Part shown: positions 25,230-37,273 of the stretch, in pieces
Position numbering within the stretch: the stretch's first letter is position 1
Layout: each line of letters starts with the position of its first letter
From: Lepidodermella squamata
Lineage: Eukaryota > Animalia > Gastrotricha
Assembly: GCA_047495785.1 (NCBI GenBank)
Contig: JBLDXI010000105.1
Location: 1-64,000, forward strand
Length of the DNA stretch: 64,000 nucleotides
Direction: 5' to 3'
The notes under the pieces: model-generated
Databases searched by the model: none
Told to the model about the DNA's origin: nothing
What the model saw: the letters and a program-made list of their open reading frames with translations, nothing else
Made by a program: the position numbers and the translations under genes

Positions 25230-25946
25230 ATGGCCAATAAGTGCCACGAAATCCAAACCTGCTCATATTTATCAAAAACCACTGGCAGACGCGTTTCCAT
25301 GGGAAATCAACTTGAGGATATGATGTTGGTTGCCCTTTACTACGATAAAACCCTCGCCAATACTCTTGTCAATATTGGAGTGAAAGGGAGCGTGATAACG
25401 GCTTTTATCAACCACTTCGACGACGATTTCATCATGAGTCTCATTCGAAATGGTTCGGATGTATTGGAAGTGGAGGCCGGAAGCGGAATGACGATTCTCC
25501 ATTACGCTTGCAAAAATGACCGCAAGGAACTAGTTGCCCATTTGATCAAACTTGAGTTTGGATCTTCGTTGCTTAAAATGGTATCAAGCAGCGACCGGAG
25601 CGCTCTGAATCACGCGATCGATGCTGGGAATTTCCAACTTGCAAAGCAACTTTTGACTGATCCTGAATCAGAGATGATTTTCTGCTACGGCGTAAACCCA
25701 TGTGTTACCTTAAATGGCTGTAAGCTTCGAAAGGAAGAGAAGGATCAGCTCAGGGAAATCTTACGATTCTCCGGTGTCAATTTCAAGCGATTCTCGTGGC
25801 AAGTCGAGAGCTTGCAAGTTTTAGTAAGACAAGTTATTCTCGATTGCATTCCCCCTGGATTCTTCACCAGATCATCCTCCATAAAGCATTCAAGCCTTTC
25901 ACATCTCTTACCATGCGAAGTGTTCAAATATTTGCTAGCACCTTAA
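25230..25946 (+). CDS. Ankyrin repeat and SOCS-box protein (ASB-like), intronless CDS, 238 aa
   Basis: Two ankyrin-like repeats (GMTILHYACKNDRKELVAHLI; DRSALNHAIDAGNFQLAKQLL). C-terminal SLQVLVRQVI..LLPCEVFKYLL resembles a SOCS box. AATAAA near 26004. Confidence 0.8.
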   Translation: MANKCHEIQTCSYLSKTTGRRVSMGNQLEDMMLVALYYDKTLANTLVNIGVKGSVITAFINHFDDDFIMSLIRNGSDVLEVEAGSGMTILHYACKNDRKELVAHLIKLEFGSSLLKMVSSSDRSALNHAIDAGNFQLAKQLLTDPESEMIFCYGVNPCVTLNGCKLRKEEKDQLREILRFSGVNFKRFSWQVESLQVLVRQVILDCIPPGFFTRSSSIKHSSLSHLLPCEVFKYLLAP

Positions 25947-27636
25947 TATGATTTTTATAAAATGTTTCAATTCAAATGATATCAAGCTACCCAGTACCCA
26001 GTGAATAAAGACATTGTCTAAAACGGTTTCATCAGCAAGATTTCAATATACAGTTGTAGTACAATGTACAGTCTGTAGTTAACGCGAGAAAAATTCGAGG
26101 CCGATTTGCTTCAACAATTCTAAAGCTTGCACCGTAAACATTTCATCTTGTTACGGCAGTGAAAATTCAAGCACACTTTAATTTTGGACGGTTGGTCGCT
26201 TCTCTCTCTCTCTCTCTGTATACGGCCATAATTAGCGCCGACCGTAAATATACCCGAATATAATTGAGGATCTTATAGGAAGGGAGGACCTATCAAGAAG
26301 AGTGGTTTGCAAGGCATTTAAAGTAGCTGAAGGCAGGACCTGGATTGTAATAGAGAGGATCTGAATTTAACTCTGAAAAACTAATCAAGAAAGCAGTGAT
26401 TAGGTGAATTGCAAAACTATGCAACGAGATTGTTGGATGAGATGTTCGTAGACCAAGTGCCTGCACTGGTCGGCGGTGGATGCTGCTCGGATCTCGTCTG
26501 GAAGGCTGTTCCAGAAGACTGCCCTATAGTACGGTAGACGGTAGGCAACGTTCCATTGTTGTCGATTTTTTTTTGGGTTGTTGCAGGATGTTGGTCAAGC
26601 CATTTAAGGCTGATTGTTTTCGAGTAGGAGCCGTTGGTTCTCGTACATTGAAAAAGGCAGTTAGGGCATCCGAAGCTTCCCCATTCAACCATCGCCATCA
26701 AAGCGGCCAAGTGAACCTTGCGTTTTCCGTCTAAATCAAGCCAACGCAGACTTTGTCGCATCGGTGTCGGGTCGGCGTTCGCTGGAGTACTTCGAATCGT
26801 ATGAACCGTTATTTTCAGATTTTGCGAGCAGGCGATCACGTCACGGATATTAATTGTTCAATGTTGATTGCCGATCTATGCGGGGAAGGTGTCAATTACG
26901 CCTCGCTTTCTGCCTAACAATCACAGTTCCCTATCTGCTAGCTTGAAAACATCAGACTATCCAATTTAACGGCAGCAGTTATCGACAGAAGTCGGCGCGA
27001 GCAGCTCTATAAACCACCGATGACGTGTTATCTGAGTGCATTATCCATACAACTTTTCTTATAATGCACTCCTGTCAAATTGCGAGGACCTTACTTTAAA
27101 TTATAGGCAATAAAAGAAAAAGACGGTTAGACCGGATGCGCGCGCTTTTATTACACCACAAAAACCTCAAGTAATCCAGTGTTTTTTTTAAGCATGTTAC
27201 ACATGTTACAATGTAACAACCAATCGGAGCAAGTGTAACAACCAAAATCGAAGTAACGCCTGGAAAAGACTGCTGTAACCTCATTTTTAGGAGGTTTCAG
27301 AGCCTTTTCTAGTGGAAAATCCTCAAAAATTCCTCGCTTCGCTCGTATTATCGGTAAAAATAACATTTAATTTTTACCAATGCAGCTCAAAAAATTTCGC
27401 TTTCGAGCGAGGTAACTACCAAAAAATCGTTTGTAACAACCAATCGTTTGCTTAAAAAAACCCTGAGTAATCTTCTTCGTACTGTCTTCGACACAATGAC
27501 CGTCTCTTTCTCTCGTGAGCACAATACCGTCAAGCGCGCGCGCGCACGCAATTGATTGCCCGCAATAACATTTGAAAATTCAAATTTTATGGCCCAGCTG
27601 TCAACCCTGTCTGGCGGCATCGGTGGTTTATATCAA

Positions 27637-27749
27637 ATAAACCGTGGCTATCGGGCAGTATTCTCGAAATGCGCAATAACGCCCTCGGCATACGGCCTCG
27701 TGCGTTATCCGCGCATTTCTCGAATACTGCACCGATAGCCATGCTTTAT
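27637..27749. repeat. Long imperfect hairpin, probably a transposon terminus or MITE
   Basis: GGCTATCGGGCAGTATTC..AAATGCGC..ATAACGC pairs with GCGTTAT..GCGCATTT..GAATACTGCACCGATAGCC. Confidence 0.7.
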
Positions 27750-27960
27750 ATAATACATAATCGCCCGCATTACCATCAATTATTTTGTATGAAGATATCA
27801 TATCAACGATCTTGCAATGAGAATTATTATCAAGTGCGCGACATAAATTTGACCTTAGAGTTCCTATATCGATTTAACTCGTGTTCAATTTTTAGAAATT
27901 TTGTGGGATATTTGTTTGGACAATTCATCTGCGGGCTTGGTTCAAGCATCTTTAGATTGT

Positions 27961-29497
27961 ATGAAAGCGATGAGTAATATCTACAATAACTGCAAAGCTT
28001 GTGGCGTTCCGGTGCCGAAACGCCTCACTTATCAACCTCGAGTCTGCTCGGCGTGTCACAAGTTTTTCAGGCGAAATGCCGCGAATTGGCAATCACTGCA
28101 ATGCAACCACAATAGCGCAAATGCTGATCAAGCTAATATCAACAGAACTCTCAGGCGCACCATGTGCACGAAATGCCGATTCGACAGATGCCTTCGAGCT
28201 GGCATTAAGAGTAAGTTCGATGCATAGACAAATCAATACTCTATATAGATCGAAAAATAACGATCTTCTTTAAAATTGGGCACGCGACCTCAATTCTTAT
28301 TCACTCTTCTGCCCATGCAATTTTTCCATTTTTAATTATTTTTTAAAATTCCCAGAGAACAACTTTCATTTTCCCCAAATTCCAATACTTTTCCCGAACT
28401 TTCCCGGATTACTACTGCAGCGCTCTTCTGACGAATGAGTCCCGGCTTTCCAACTTGTTTCAGCACCCTATTAACGATTTATTTTAATCACATTTAGGTA
28501 AGTTTTTGACGAGTTACGGGATGATAGACCACTTCCCAACACTGGTCGATCTCTCCCTTGCGGAGGTGACCTTCAACAAGGCGATCGATGCGCAACTTCA
28601 GCTCCACGGACTGGAACACGTGAGTATCAGGAATTTAGGTCAGCAATTTTTTACCCTATTTAATTTCAGCTGCCCATGAAATACTACTACAACAAGGACA
28701 TGATGGACTTCAATTTTCTGCGAAAACTGATGGCGGGTAACGTTGCCGGCCTAGTCCGCCTCAGCTCGGATTTCGCAGGAAAAGTTCAAGGTTGGACTGA
28801 TTTACTGAAAGATGTGAAGTGAAAATTCTTAGACGATTGTTCAGAATCCTTCGAGTTGAGCCCATATGAAGCTCAACGTTTAGCTGCTCGTAACTGGAAA
28901 CTTGTCACGGTCGCTTACTCAGCTTTACCGGCAACTAGCGGGTGTTTATTAGCAAATCCCCATATTCTGCCGTTTTTTCTTGAGTGCAATCCTGAACTCT
29001 TGGTTTGTTTTTCCTCTTTCCGCTTCGATGCGATTTCAGCTATTTTCGATTGAAATCATTTTTTTATTATATTTTAAGCCAGCAAACGAATTCGGAAATA
29101 AAGTTGCAAGGGCTATGAGCGGGTGGAACCCATCGCTTATCGAAATTGCTCTCTTCACCTGTCGGCTGTTTTTCAAAGGTAAATTGTCGTCCAGTTTGAC
29201 TCAGTCTCATGAATTCACTCGGACACTTCAGATTGCGATGACGAAGGACAATCACCGGGCGCGCGATATGCAAAAGATTGCGTTTCAAACGCTTTCGAAA
29301 TGATTTGCAGGAAGCTGCACGGACCTAGATGGAGCCAAGTCATGCAGCAAGTTTCTGTTGTCGAGAATCTCATCGCCATATCTGCACGAGTTATTGAAAA
29401 CTGCGGGGCAGCGGTCTTGAAACGACAAGCGGCCTCTTCAAGCCGCGAGGAACTCGCCCTTGCAGTCAAATTCACTAAGGGCGTTCCTATTATATGA
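27961..29497 (+). CDS. Divergent nuclear receptor-like gene NR6, 6 exons
   Basis: Exons 27961-28210, 28498-28619, 28670-28790, 28845-29002, 29079-29178, 29232-29497; P-box CSACHK; start may be 27970. Confidence 0.87.
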
Positions 29498-29634
29498 AAA
29501 GCATCATAAACGCTTTTATAACCTGCATGATAACAGCAGCTGGTCAGCTCAGGAACACATTAAATATCGTGGTGAATATCTATTATTGTAAGGCATTACA
29601 CCTTGATCATTGCCTTTTATTTTTCTATTATCCA

Positions 29635-29850
29635 GGATTCAGAATTTGATGAAATGGATGGATATTCGGGCAGCTCGTGACTGCATCAAAAGTAGCTTCG
29701 CGGCGACTCGTCGGAAACTTCACGGCCCCGACTCTTGAAAGGCTAAGCGCCGCGTTGCTGCTTCGAAAATCTTGTCGAAATAGCAAAACAGTCACTAGAG
29801 GTCACTAGAATTGAATTTGCAAGCTGCGGTTCAATTTAAATGAAAAAATT
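29635..29850 (+). pseudogene. Orphan degenerate copy of receptor exon 6
   Basis: Follows an acceptor-like TTTTTCTATTATCCAG. Translates IRAARDCIKSSFAATRRKLHGPDS*, matching exon 6 of paralogs (LRAARESVDKAFEMTCRKLHGPKS). Confidence 0.7.
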
Positions 29851-30851
29851 ATCAAAACTTTTCTTCATTTTATATGAAAAGTGCTGCCGATTTCATCCGG
29901 AATAAAGAGTTGGCTAAACAAAAGTTCATAAAGCAATTTTGAGATCCTTTTTTTAGCCCTGCCCAATTCTTAAAGTATTCAAATCTGAACATGAAGTCTA
30001 GCAAACTACATGACCGTTCAATCTCGGCTGCCTTATGATTAGCCTGATTTCGTAGTTTGAAAGCTCGAGTTCGGAATCGCGCGTACGAAGTTCCTATCAG
30101 TTCGAGGATCCTACTTCGCGTACTGCGCGTGACACTATTGAAATACCTTAAGGCACCAGATCTTAAACTCTGAATCGCTGCCATCCCCGAATTGCCCTTG
30201 TGATATTTCACGATATCAGATGGTTGCACTCAAAATTTAGTACCCGACATGACTAGCCTATCTATGTCATTAGAGTATTCAGTCATCTTTCATTCTAACC
30301 GGCAGTTTCAGGTCGGAAAGACATTTCATACAATGTCCCTAATTGCCTGGACAAATTCATGCAAATTCATATGCACAAATTGTTCCACGTTGTATGTCAG
30401 GAAAATAATGTTTGTGTCTACGGCGTTTAGGAGCTTTTCAAATGTACAGAAATCGATCGTGTATGCACTTGTATGCTTCCTATCTCAGGTCATTTCAGAC
30501 TACGCTCCGAAAATAAATCAAATTAGCAATTATCTGCCTCGTGCATTATTATTTCGCCTGGGTTGTATACAGGATAAAGCGAATTATAGCCTCAGTTCTC
30601 AAGCGCATGATAGAGTTTGTCTTTATGAATATTTCCTCACATTTCGCCAGCACCTTTCGCCAGGCGGAAATTCCATAACATCTTCTAGGCCCGAAAAATA
30701 CCCCCTATTTCGAGGATCCTACTTCGCGCACTGCTAATAAGGCGGTGCGATCTCGGATCCCGGGACAATTTTGTTTGCTTTGTTTGCTAGGCAAATCTAA
30801 ACGCTTATCATTGGACCTCAGTTAAATTGTGTTTAATCTGTCAGCTGAATT

Positions 30852-32370
30852 ATGGACGCAGAAAAATCATTCCCCAATGAAACCAAGCCGCGTTTAAGGC
30901 AATGCGGGGTTTGTGGTCTCGAAGTGGCGAAACGTCGCGGTTACCAGCCCCGAGTCTGCTCCGCTTGTCACAAGTTCTTCAGGCGTAATGTCGAGAATCG
31001 GCAATCACTAAAATGCAAGCATACATCTGCAAGTGCTGGCGAGTCGCAAACCAACAGCGCAGCCATGCGGCGTAGCATGTGCACGAAATGCCGATTTGAC
31101 AGGTGCATTAAAGCTGGCATGAGGAGTAAGTTTTTCTCCACAATTTCAATCAACCCAGTCCTGTAGATAACAAGCTCGTAACTGGTATAAAAGCTAATGA
31201 GTATGTGATGCGAAGCATGGCTGCATGTCTGAAAAATAGAAATTTCAATTTTAAATTCGAAACCAGGCCTATCTTTCCGTCCTTTTAATACCTAAAGAAA
31301 AAAGAGGTAAATAACCCTAGAGGAAACAATACGAAGAGTAATTATGGCCTCAGTGAATATCGAACTCATCTTAGTCCAGCTTGATTGCTAACAGGTAAAT
31401 TCTGGTCTGGCGCAACGGTGCAAATTGACCAATGCCCACCAGCATTCGAGTACGCACATGTCGAGGGAACTCTAAGAAAAGCGATTGATGCTCAACTACA
31501 GCTTCATGGTTTTGAACACGTGAGATTTCTAATATTCCGAAAGGCCGAAGTACTAAACCTTTCATTTCAGCTGCCAATGATGTGCCATCACAACCCCAGA
31601 GCCCTGAGGGACGAAATGTTCTTGCGAAGCCTTATGACCGGAAACGTTACTGGCATCATGCGCCTCGGCTTGTTGTTCGCAGCTTATATTGAAGGTTTGA
31701 CCATTTCTGTTATTGAGAAGTTTCACTCTCAGCTATGCTATAAGAATCTTTCAAATTGAGCCAGTTGGAAGTTAATAGCCTGTTAACGCGTAACTGGAAG
31801 CTTATCACGGTCGCTTACTCAGCTTTGCCAGGCACTAGTGGATGCTTGCTGGCGAGTGCCGATGTTCTTCCGTTATTTCTACAAAGCAATCCCGAACTCT
31901 TGGTGGGGTGTACGATTTCCTGACCGAGATAAGTAATGATGTTTTTGCGTTTCAGCCGGCGAACGCTACCAGCAAAAAAGTTGCTGATTCCATGGCGGAG
32001 TGGAGCCCATCGCTGATCGAAACAGCTCTTTTCACGTGTCGACTGTTTTTTCAAGGTAAATTCTAGCGCCATGATTCGATGAAATATTTTACAATACCTA
32101 GACCTGAATGCCGAGGAACCATCCAGCGCAAATTTACGAGCTGCACGGGAGAGTGTCGATAAGGCATTCGAAATGACTTGTCGGAAGCTTCACGGCCCTA
32201 AATCTGGTCAAGTGATGGCGCAACGCTGTGTAGTCGAGAACCTCATCGGAATAACGGCGCAAGTTGTTGACGAATGCGCCGCAGCTGTTTTGAGGCGGCG
32301 AGCAGCAGCGTCCAGCCGCGAGGAACTCGCCCTAGCCGTTGAATTCACCTTAGGCATCCCTTATCTATGA
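30852..32370 (+). CDS. Divergent nuclear receptor-like gene NR7, 6 exons
   Basis: Exons 30852-31125, 31395-31519, 31571-31694, 31745-31902, 31956-32055, 32102-32370; in frame. Confidence 0.9.
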
Positions 32371-34739
32371 TGGCAACGCTAAAGAAAATAAGTGGAAGTG
32401 ACAAAAACACTGTAAAGAATTAGTTCGGAAATTCGACATTGAAAATTTACATCAAATTGAAGTTGATGAATTCCAGACCGCCCTTTCGAGGAATATTGCT
32501 TTTCGATGGCTTTGAAGACAAGGGTTTGAGACCAGGACACCGTTATCACGATATTTTTTGATCCAACAAAAAAAAACATCAACGACTCGGTTCTGGGATA
32601 TGACTTGCGGTGTGGGAGAATATCGGGGGCATTCAATGGCGTAATTTAGAATCTAAAATTCCAAGGCTGAATTCATCTGACACAGAAGTTAGGGTGCTCG
32701 AAAAATCGCCTGAAATCAGCTGGGCGGATAGGACGATTGCGGCCAGTTTATGTAGAGCCTCAACGGTGATAGATAGAGAGGGATAAGCGGATTTCCGAAA
32801 TCCGATTTCCTAATCGTGATCTGGGCCGAAAACCGCTAGAACTGCCATCAAATATTTTTCCCGCGGATAAATGAATAATCGCGGATAAATAATTCCGCCA
32901 TAAAAGGTTAAGCATGCTACACTAGAAAAAAATCGGGTTTATTGGCTCAAAACTCAAAACCCTCAAAATGCTCTTGCTAATAAACCCTTTTAAAAAGCCA
33001 AAACTCAATACGGGACATGCATGATATGCGTCTTTTTCACTGAAATTTCGTCGCAGAATTCTTTGCATGTAGGTATATTATTGCTAGGTAAAACCGAATA
33101 AAAACTGTCTCGGGTAGTTTTCAATCACACTGGCGAGCCTCTTGATTTGACAATCACCATTGCCGTCACTATGCTCATGCACTCCCTCGATCGCCATTTC
33201 TTGTCGTGCTCCACCCTCGCTGCTCTTTTGTGAGGTCGCGTATCTGACTGCTTTCGAACACCTCAGAACAGATCTCGTATAAATTCCGATCTGATTGATC
33301 AAGGCTGTGGAGAATCGAGAATGCATAATTTTGATATTGATTCCAGGGAAAATGTAATGTCCGTTTTTAATCAGCTCTTTGAAATGAAACTCATTGCTAT
33401 ATTCGTATCTTATCTAATTTAAATCATGCACCACATGATTTCGGTATCAAAAGAAAGCTCATAAAATTCTGCATCGATCACATTAGTACCATTCTGGATT
33501 CCGAGATGGGGCAAATTGCAAGGCAGGCTCTCAAAGTTTTTAAAGCCCTGATTTATAAGGAAATATTTATGATACAGCTTTAAAATTTATATGGTTGAAT
33601 AGAGCGTGAGCTACTGCCTTTTATGGTCACGGCTCGTCCACAACCGATGAAAACTGTCTTTGCAACGCCAGGATATAGTGAGGGCTGACATTCGTAAATA
33701 TCCTTGAAAATGTGCTTAAGGAGGAATTTTAAATTGTAAATTCGAATAATTTCGGCAGTATTGCAAAGGCAAGAGTGTCCAGTCTCTTATTATTTGTCTA
33801 TGCTAACAGGATAAAACGACGTCATGCCCGAAAATTTCGTGCAAGTAGGAATTACGCAGTCCAAGCAATATTCGACAGATGAGATTCCCCGACATATCAA
33901 TCAGTTAATGCCGCGTCTGATGATTACTGAAAATCATAATAACCCATTTCAGACGTCGGCTGTTAGTTAGCACGATGTCGCCTGTGATAATAAGAATGTC
34001 GATTTCTGATTAACTGGCATTTTCTTGGCATGAATTTCACTTCAGAAGAGGCGAATAAACTGAAAGTGAGGCAAAATCTAGTTCGTCGCAGATAACTCAT
34101 CACCCGCGAAGGCTATTTGATTTGTTTGAGCGGGACGTCCCCACGCTAATTTAAAGTTTCCCATTTTTACGCAAATTGTGTATAAATTGGGATAATCGTA
34201 TTAGGCGGGTGATAATCAAGCAGATCACAAGCCAGCCGTATCCAGCTGCAAGCGAATTATGAGCTACGAGCTACGGGCAACGGAAGTATGCGGCAGAAAG
34301 TAACGAAAACAACAATTTCCGATACCGCAGTCCTTGGTCGGAGGTATTTTGACTGCCTTAGAAACACAAGCATTTATCTACAAATCTGTAAGAAATCCGA
34401 TGAAATAACAGAGGATAACAATCGGTATCATGGGTTTCTTGGTGTTTTTACAGTTTTACGCGATGTTCTTTGACGAAATCGTGAACAAGTGCTGCTGCAG
34501 GCGATTTCTGATAGTCCATTAATCATTGTTAATTTATTGATTTATTCATGAGGGGAAAATATAGTGTAACGCTAAGATGATGTTAGTAATTTTATCAGCT
34601 TCGTAAATAGTGATAGGTAAAGCGAAAAAGTGTTGCGAATACGAAGTTACGTCGGGTAAAATATAAGTCTATATACGACATCATAGCGTGAATCCTTGCA
34701 GGATGTCGATGCTGGTCTAGAATTGCTTTCACTGCTGTG

Positions 34740-35221
34740 CTAGTTGCCAGAGAGAATTTCCTTTGCTCGCATTTGAGCCCAAACGTAAAAGCCGACCGTT
34801 TGGTTGCAAATCGACCTGGATCGTAGTTCAGCAACGCATTTGGCCATGCGCATTTGCCGCTGGCGCTCTCGAGCTTCTCGAACCATCGCTACTAAACCTC
34901 TGAAGTCTTTCCGCTCAACCAACATCTTCACGCGCGATTCTGCGAATATAAATATTCTTAATTAAGTTCAGTCCGGAGAGAAGTGTTATAGTGCATTACC
35001 CAGTAATTCTATTTGCTCAGCAGTGTTGAGCTCGCTTCCTCCAGCGGGGAGAGGGGCAGCTTCTATCGCTGCTAGAATGAGCAAAATAGTTACCGTAACA
35101 AAGAGAAAACAATCATCAGCAACGATGGGCGATAAACCTGCGTAGGGTGCTGCCAGAAAACGGACTGATATCGCTGATCCTTAACATCTCGCGTGCCTAT
35201 AAGCTTCAGTTATGTACCCAT
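34740..35221 (-). CDS. Candidate small secreted protein or peptide precursor, 3 exons, 113 aa
   Basis: Exons 35221-35218 (frame open from ATG 35266), 35137-35000, 34939-34740, joined by 80- and 60-nt GT-AG phase-1 introns. Hydrophobic signal-like FLFVTVTILLILAAIEA-APLP. AATAAA on the minus strand at ~34533-34546. Confidence 0.6.
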
Positions 35222-36074
35222 GCGTGGCAGGCGCGAAGCGTGACAATAACTACCCGAATCCATCATTTAACAGCATATTTAACAGTCCTCAGCATGCGAC
35301 GTAATGATTCACATTTTACGGTAAGAAACCTTTATTTAATTCGTTAAAGGTTCTTTCAAATCGTGCGTGGGTTCTGTTTGTGCGAGGTTTTTCAGATTAT
35401 TTTTCGTGTCTTTCCCGTGACTGACTGGTCTAAAAGACATTGGCTTCATTAAGTATCGGGGTATCGACGTCTTTATTGATGGAGAAGTTCTAAAACTGAA
35501 TTGGATATCTGGATTCAGCGTAAATAGTTACAGCGCAAATTACAATGCGCCATCCATGTGCAAAGGGTCGGGAGACACGCGTTTGCATTTACGGAGGGTT
35601 GGAGTTGTAGTTAGAGAGGGCCATTGACATAATTCAGTGGAGATCGCCCACTCGCGTGAAAAAGGGTGTACGTCATGGGCGCCAGATGGTGTGCTGATTC
35701 ATCAAAATCAGAATCGCTTGCTAATACGGAGGTTTTCCATTAACACAGATTGCATTTATGGAGGGAGCACTGTAACGCAAACATTCGTGATAGTGACTGA
35801 ACGACGCAATGAACTTGAACACTTAAAAGGCACTTTATTGCCGTGCTAGCGTCATATGCATAATTATAGCACGTGGTAATGCGGAATTGGAGTGCGCGCG
35901 TAAAACTTCCAAGCCCTTTGACATTTCAAACCGAGTGGTGTTTTTTTATTTCTTTTCAATCGAAGAAGTCGATATCTCAAACATTGTGCTTCAAGTAGTA
36001 AGTAGCACTTTGACCCGCGCGCTGATTGGTCAATTTATTGTTGCTATGACTCCGTTGTTGCTATGAAACAATTT

Positions 36075-36769
36075 GCACATTATCAGGCCCGCCTACGTTA
36101 CGGCTCTGCGCTCGCTACTATTGGCCGGCCATTTCGCGCACACTGTTACGCAACATACGCGCGCCGTAAGTGCGTGCGTGCACAACTGAATCAATTTTAA
36201 CCCAAAAAAGTCGCGCATTTCGCATATATTTCATCAGATTTATAAATCATAATTTCAACCGAAAAAATCTTCATCTATCGATATAAAATTTGCATGGTAG
36301 GTACGAAAAATAAGCAAACTTTGCTAACTTTAGAATATATTTACAAGGCTCACTCGCCCAAGTCGTGCGCACTGTTATTTATCGCTAATTTTACCGCGCG
36401 CGCAGTTGTCAAAGAGTAATTTTTTGTGTCGGTTTTTATGCCAAAATGAAGAGGATTTGATCCTCTATCGATTGAATATAGGGTTCTCCCTCGAAAAATT
36501 TAAAGGGAAAAAGTTTTACGTGCACTGAAAAATTAGGGCGGGTACCTCACGCAAGCGCACCACCTAGTAAAAATTGTGCACGTAAATTGTTTAATTCTCA
36601 AATTTCAATCGTAACAAATCCATATTCAATCGATAGAGAATTCAATTTACTTCATTTTGATGTAAAAGCCGACGTTAAATTCATAGATTGCCCTTTGATT
36701 TTAGTTCAAAATGAGCTGACCAATAGGAGCGCGCGCAGAGCCGTAACGTAGGCGGGCCTGAAAATGTGC
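36075..36769. mobile_element. Non-autonomous Mutator-like (MULE) foldback element
   Basis: ~60-bp TIR starting GCACATT(A/T)TCAGGCCCGCCTACGTTACGGCTCTGCGC. Exact 9-bp TSD AAACAATTT (36066-36074, 36770-36778). Second internal inverted pair at ~36443/36658. Confidence 0.88.
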
Positions 36770-37273
36770 AAACAATTTAGTCGTGCAATCCACTAATAAA
36801 TTATTTTCTCAACTTGCTGGCAAGCACCGTAGCCCGAAACGAGAAACTGCGAAGGGCGAATCTTCGAAAACTTCAGAAGAATATGAAATTATCCCCGTTG
36901 GCATCGTCAACCCTTTCAGCGCCAGCCTGTATTAAAACCCAGCCTTTCCAGGTTTTGTCTTGCGGGGACTAAAATACTACATGTCTTTGAACGGACAGGA
37001 AAAACGCATCTAACTTTCTAGCGAATTTTTAATAGTTGCTGAAAACAGGGAAGTGCACGTCGGATTCGATAAACTTGATTGTGTCCTCACGTACTTGTCA
37101 TAGTGCAGTGCATGACGTCTAGCGCAGGAGAATACTACTAGAAAATTTGAATCTCAGGTAAAAGGAATCCATGCGCTAAGTGGGCAAATCTGCTTTCACA
37201 ACAACTTTGATTCTGTCTTTTTAATCGTGTCAAATTTCACGTTTCCAGCCGCGCAATTTTCGGTAAAAGCCAA

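Noticed and set aside
26417-26839. 140-aa minus-strand ORF and overlapping plus frames
   Set aside because: No recognisable motif or consistent exon chain; could be a decayed gene but I cannot support it.
30249-30737. 162-aa ORF upstream of NR7
   Set aside because: No domain signal, composition typical of noncoding DNA, and it overlaps a repeat motif.
32920-32945. CACTAGAAAAAAATCGG as a CACTA terminus
   Set aside because: I did not find a matching inverted end in the window.
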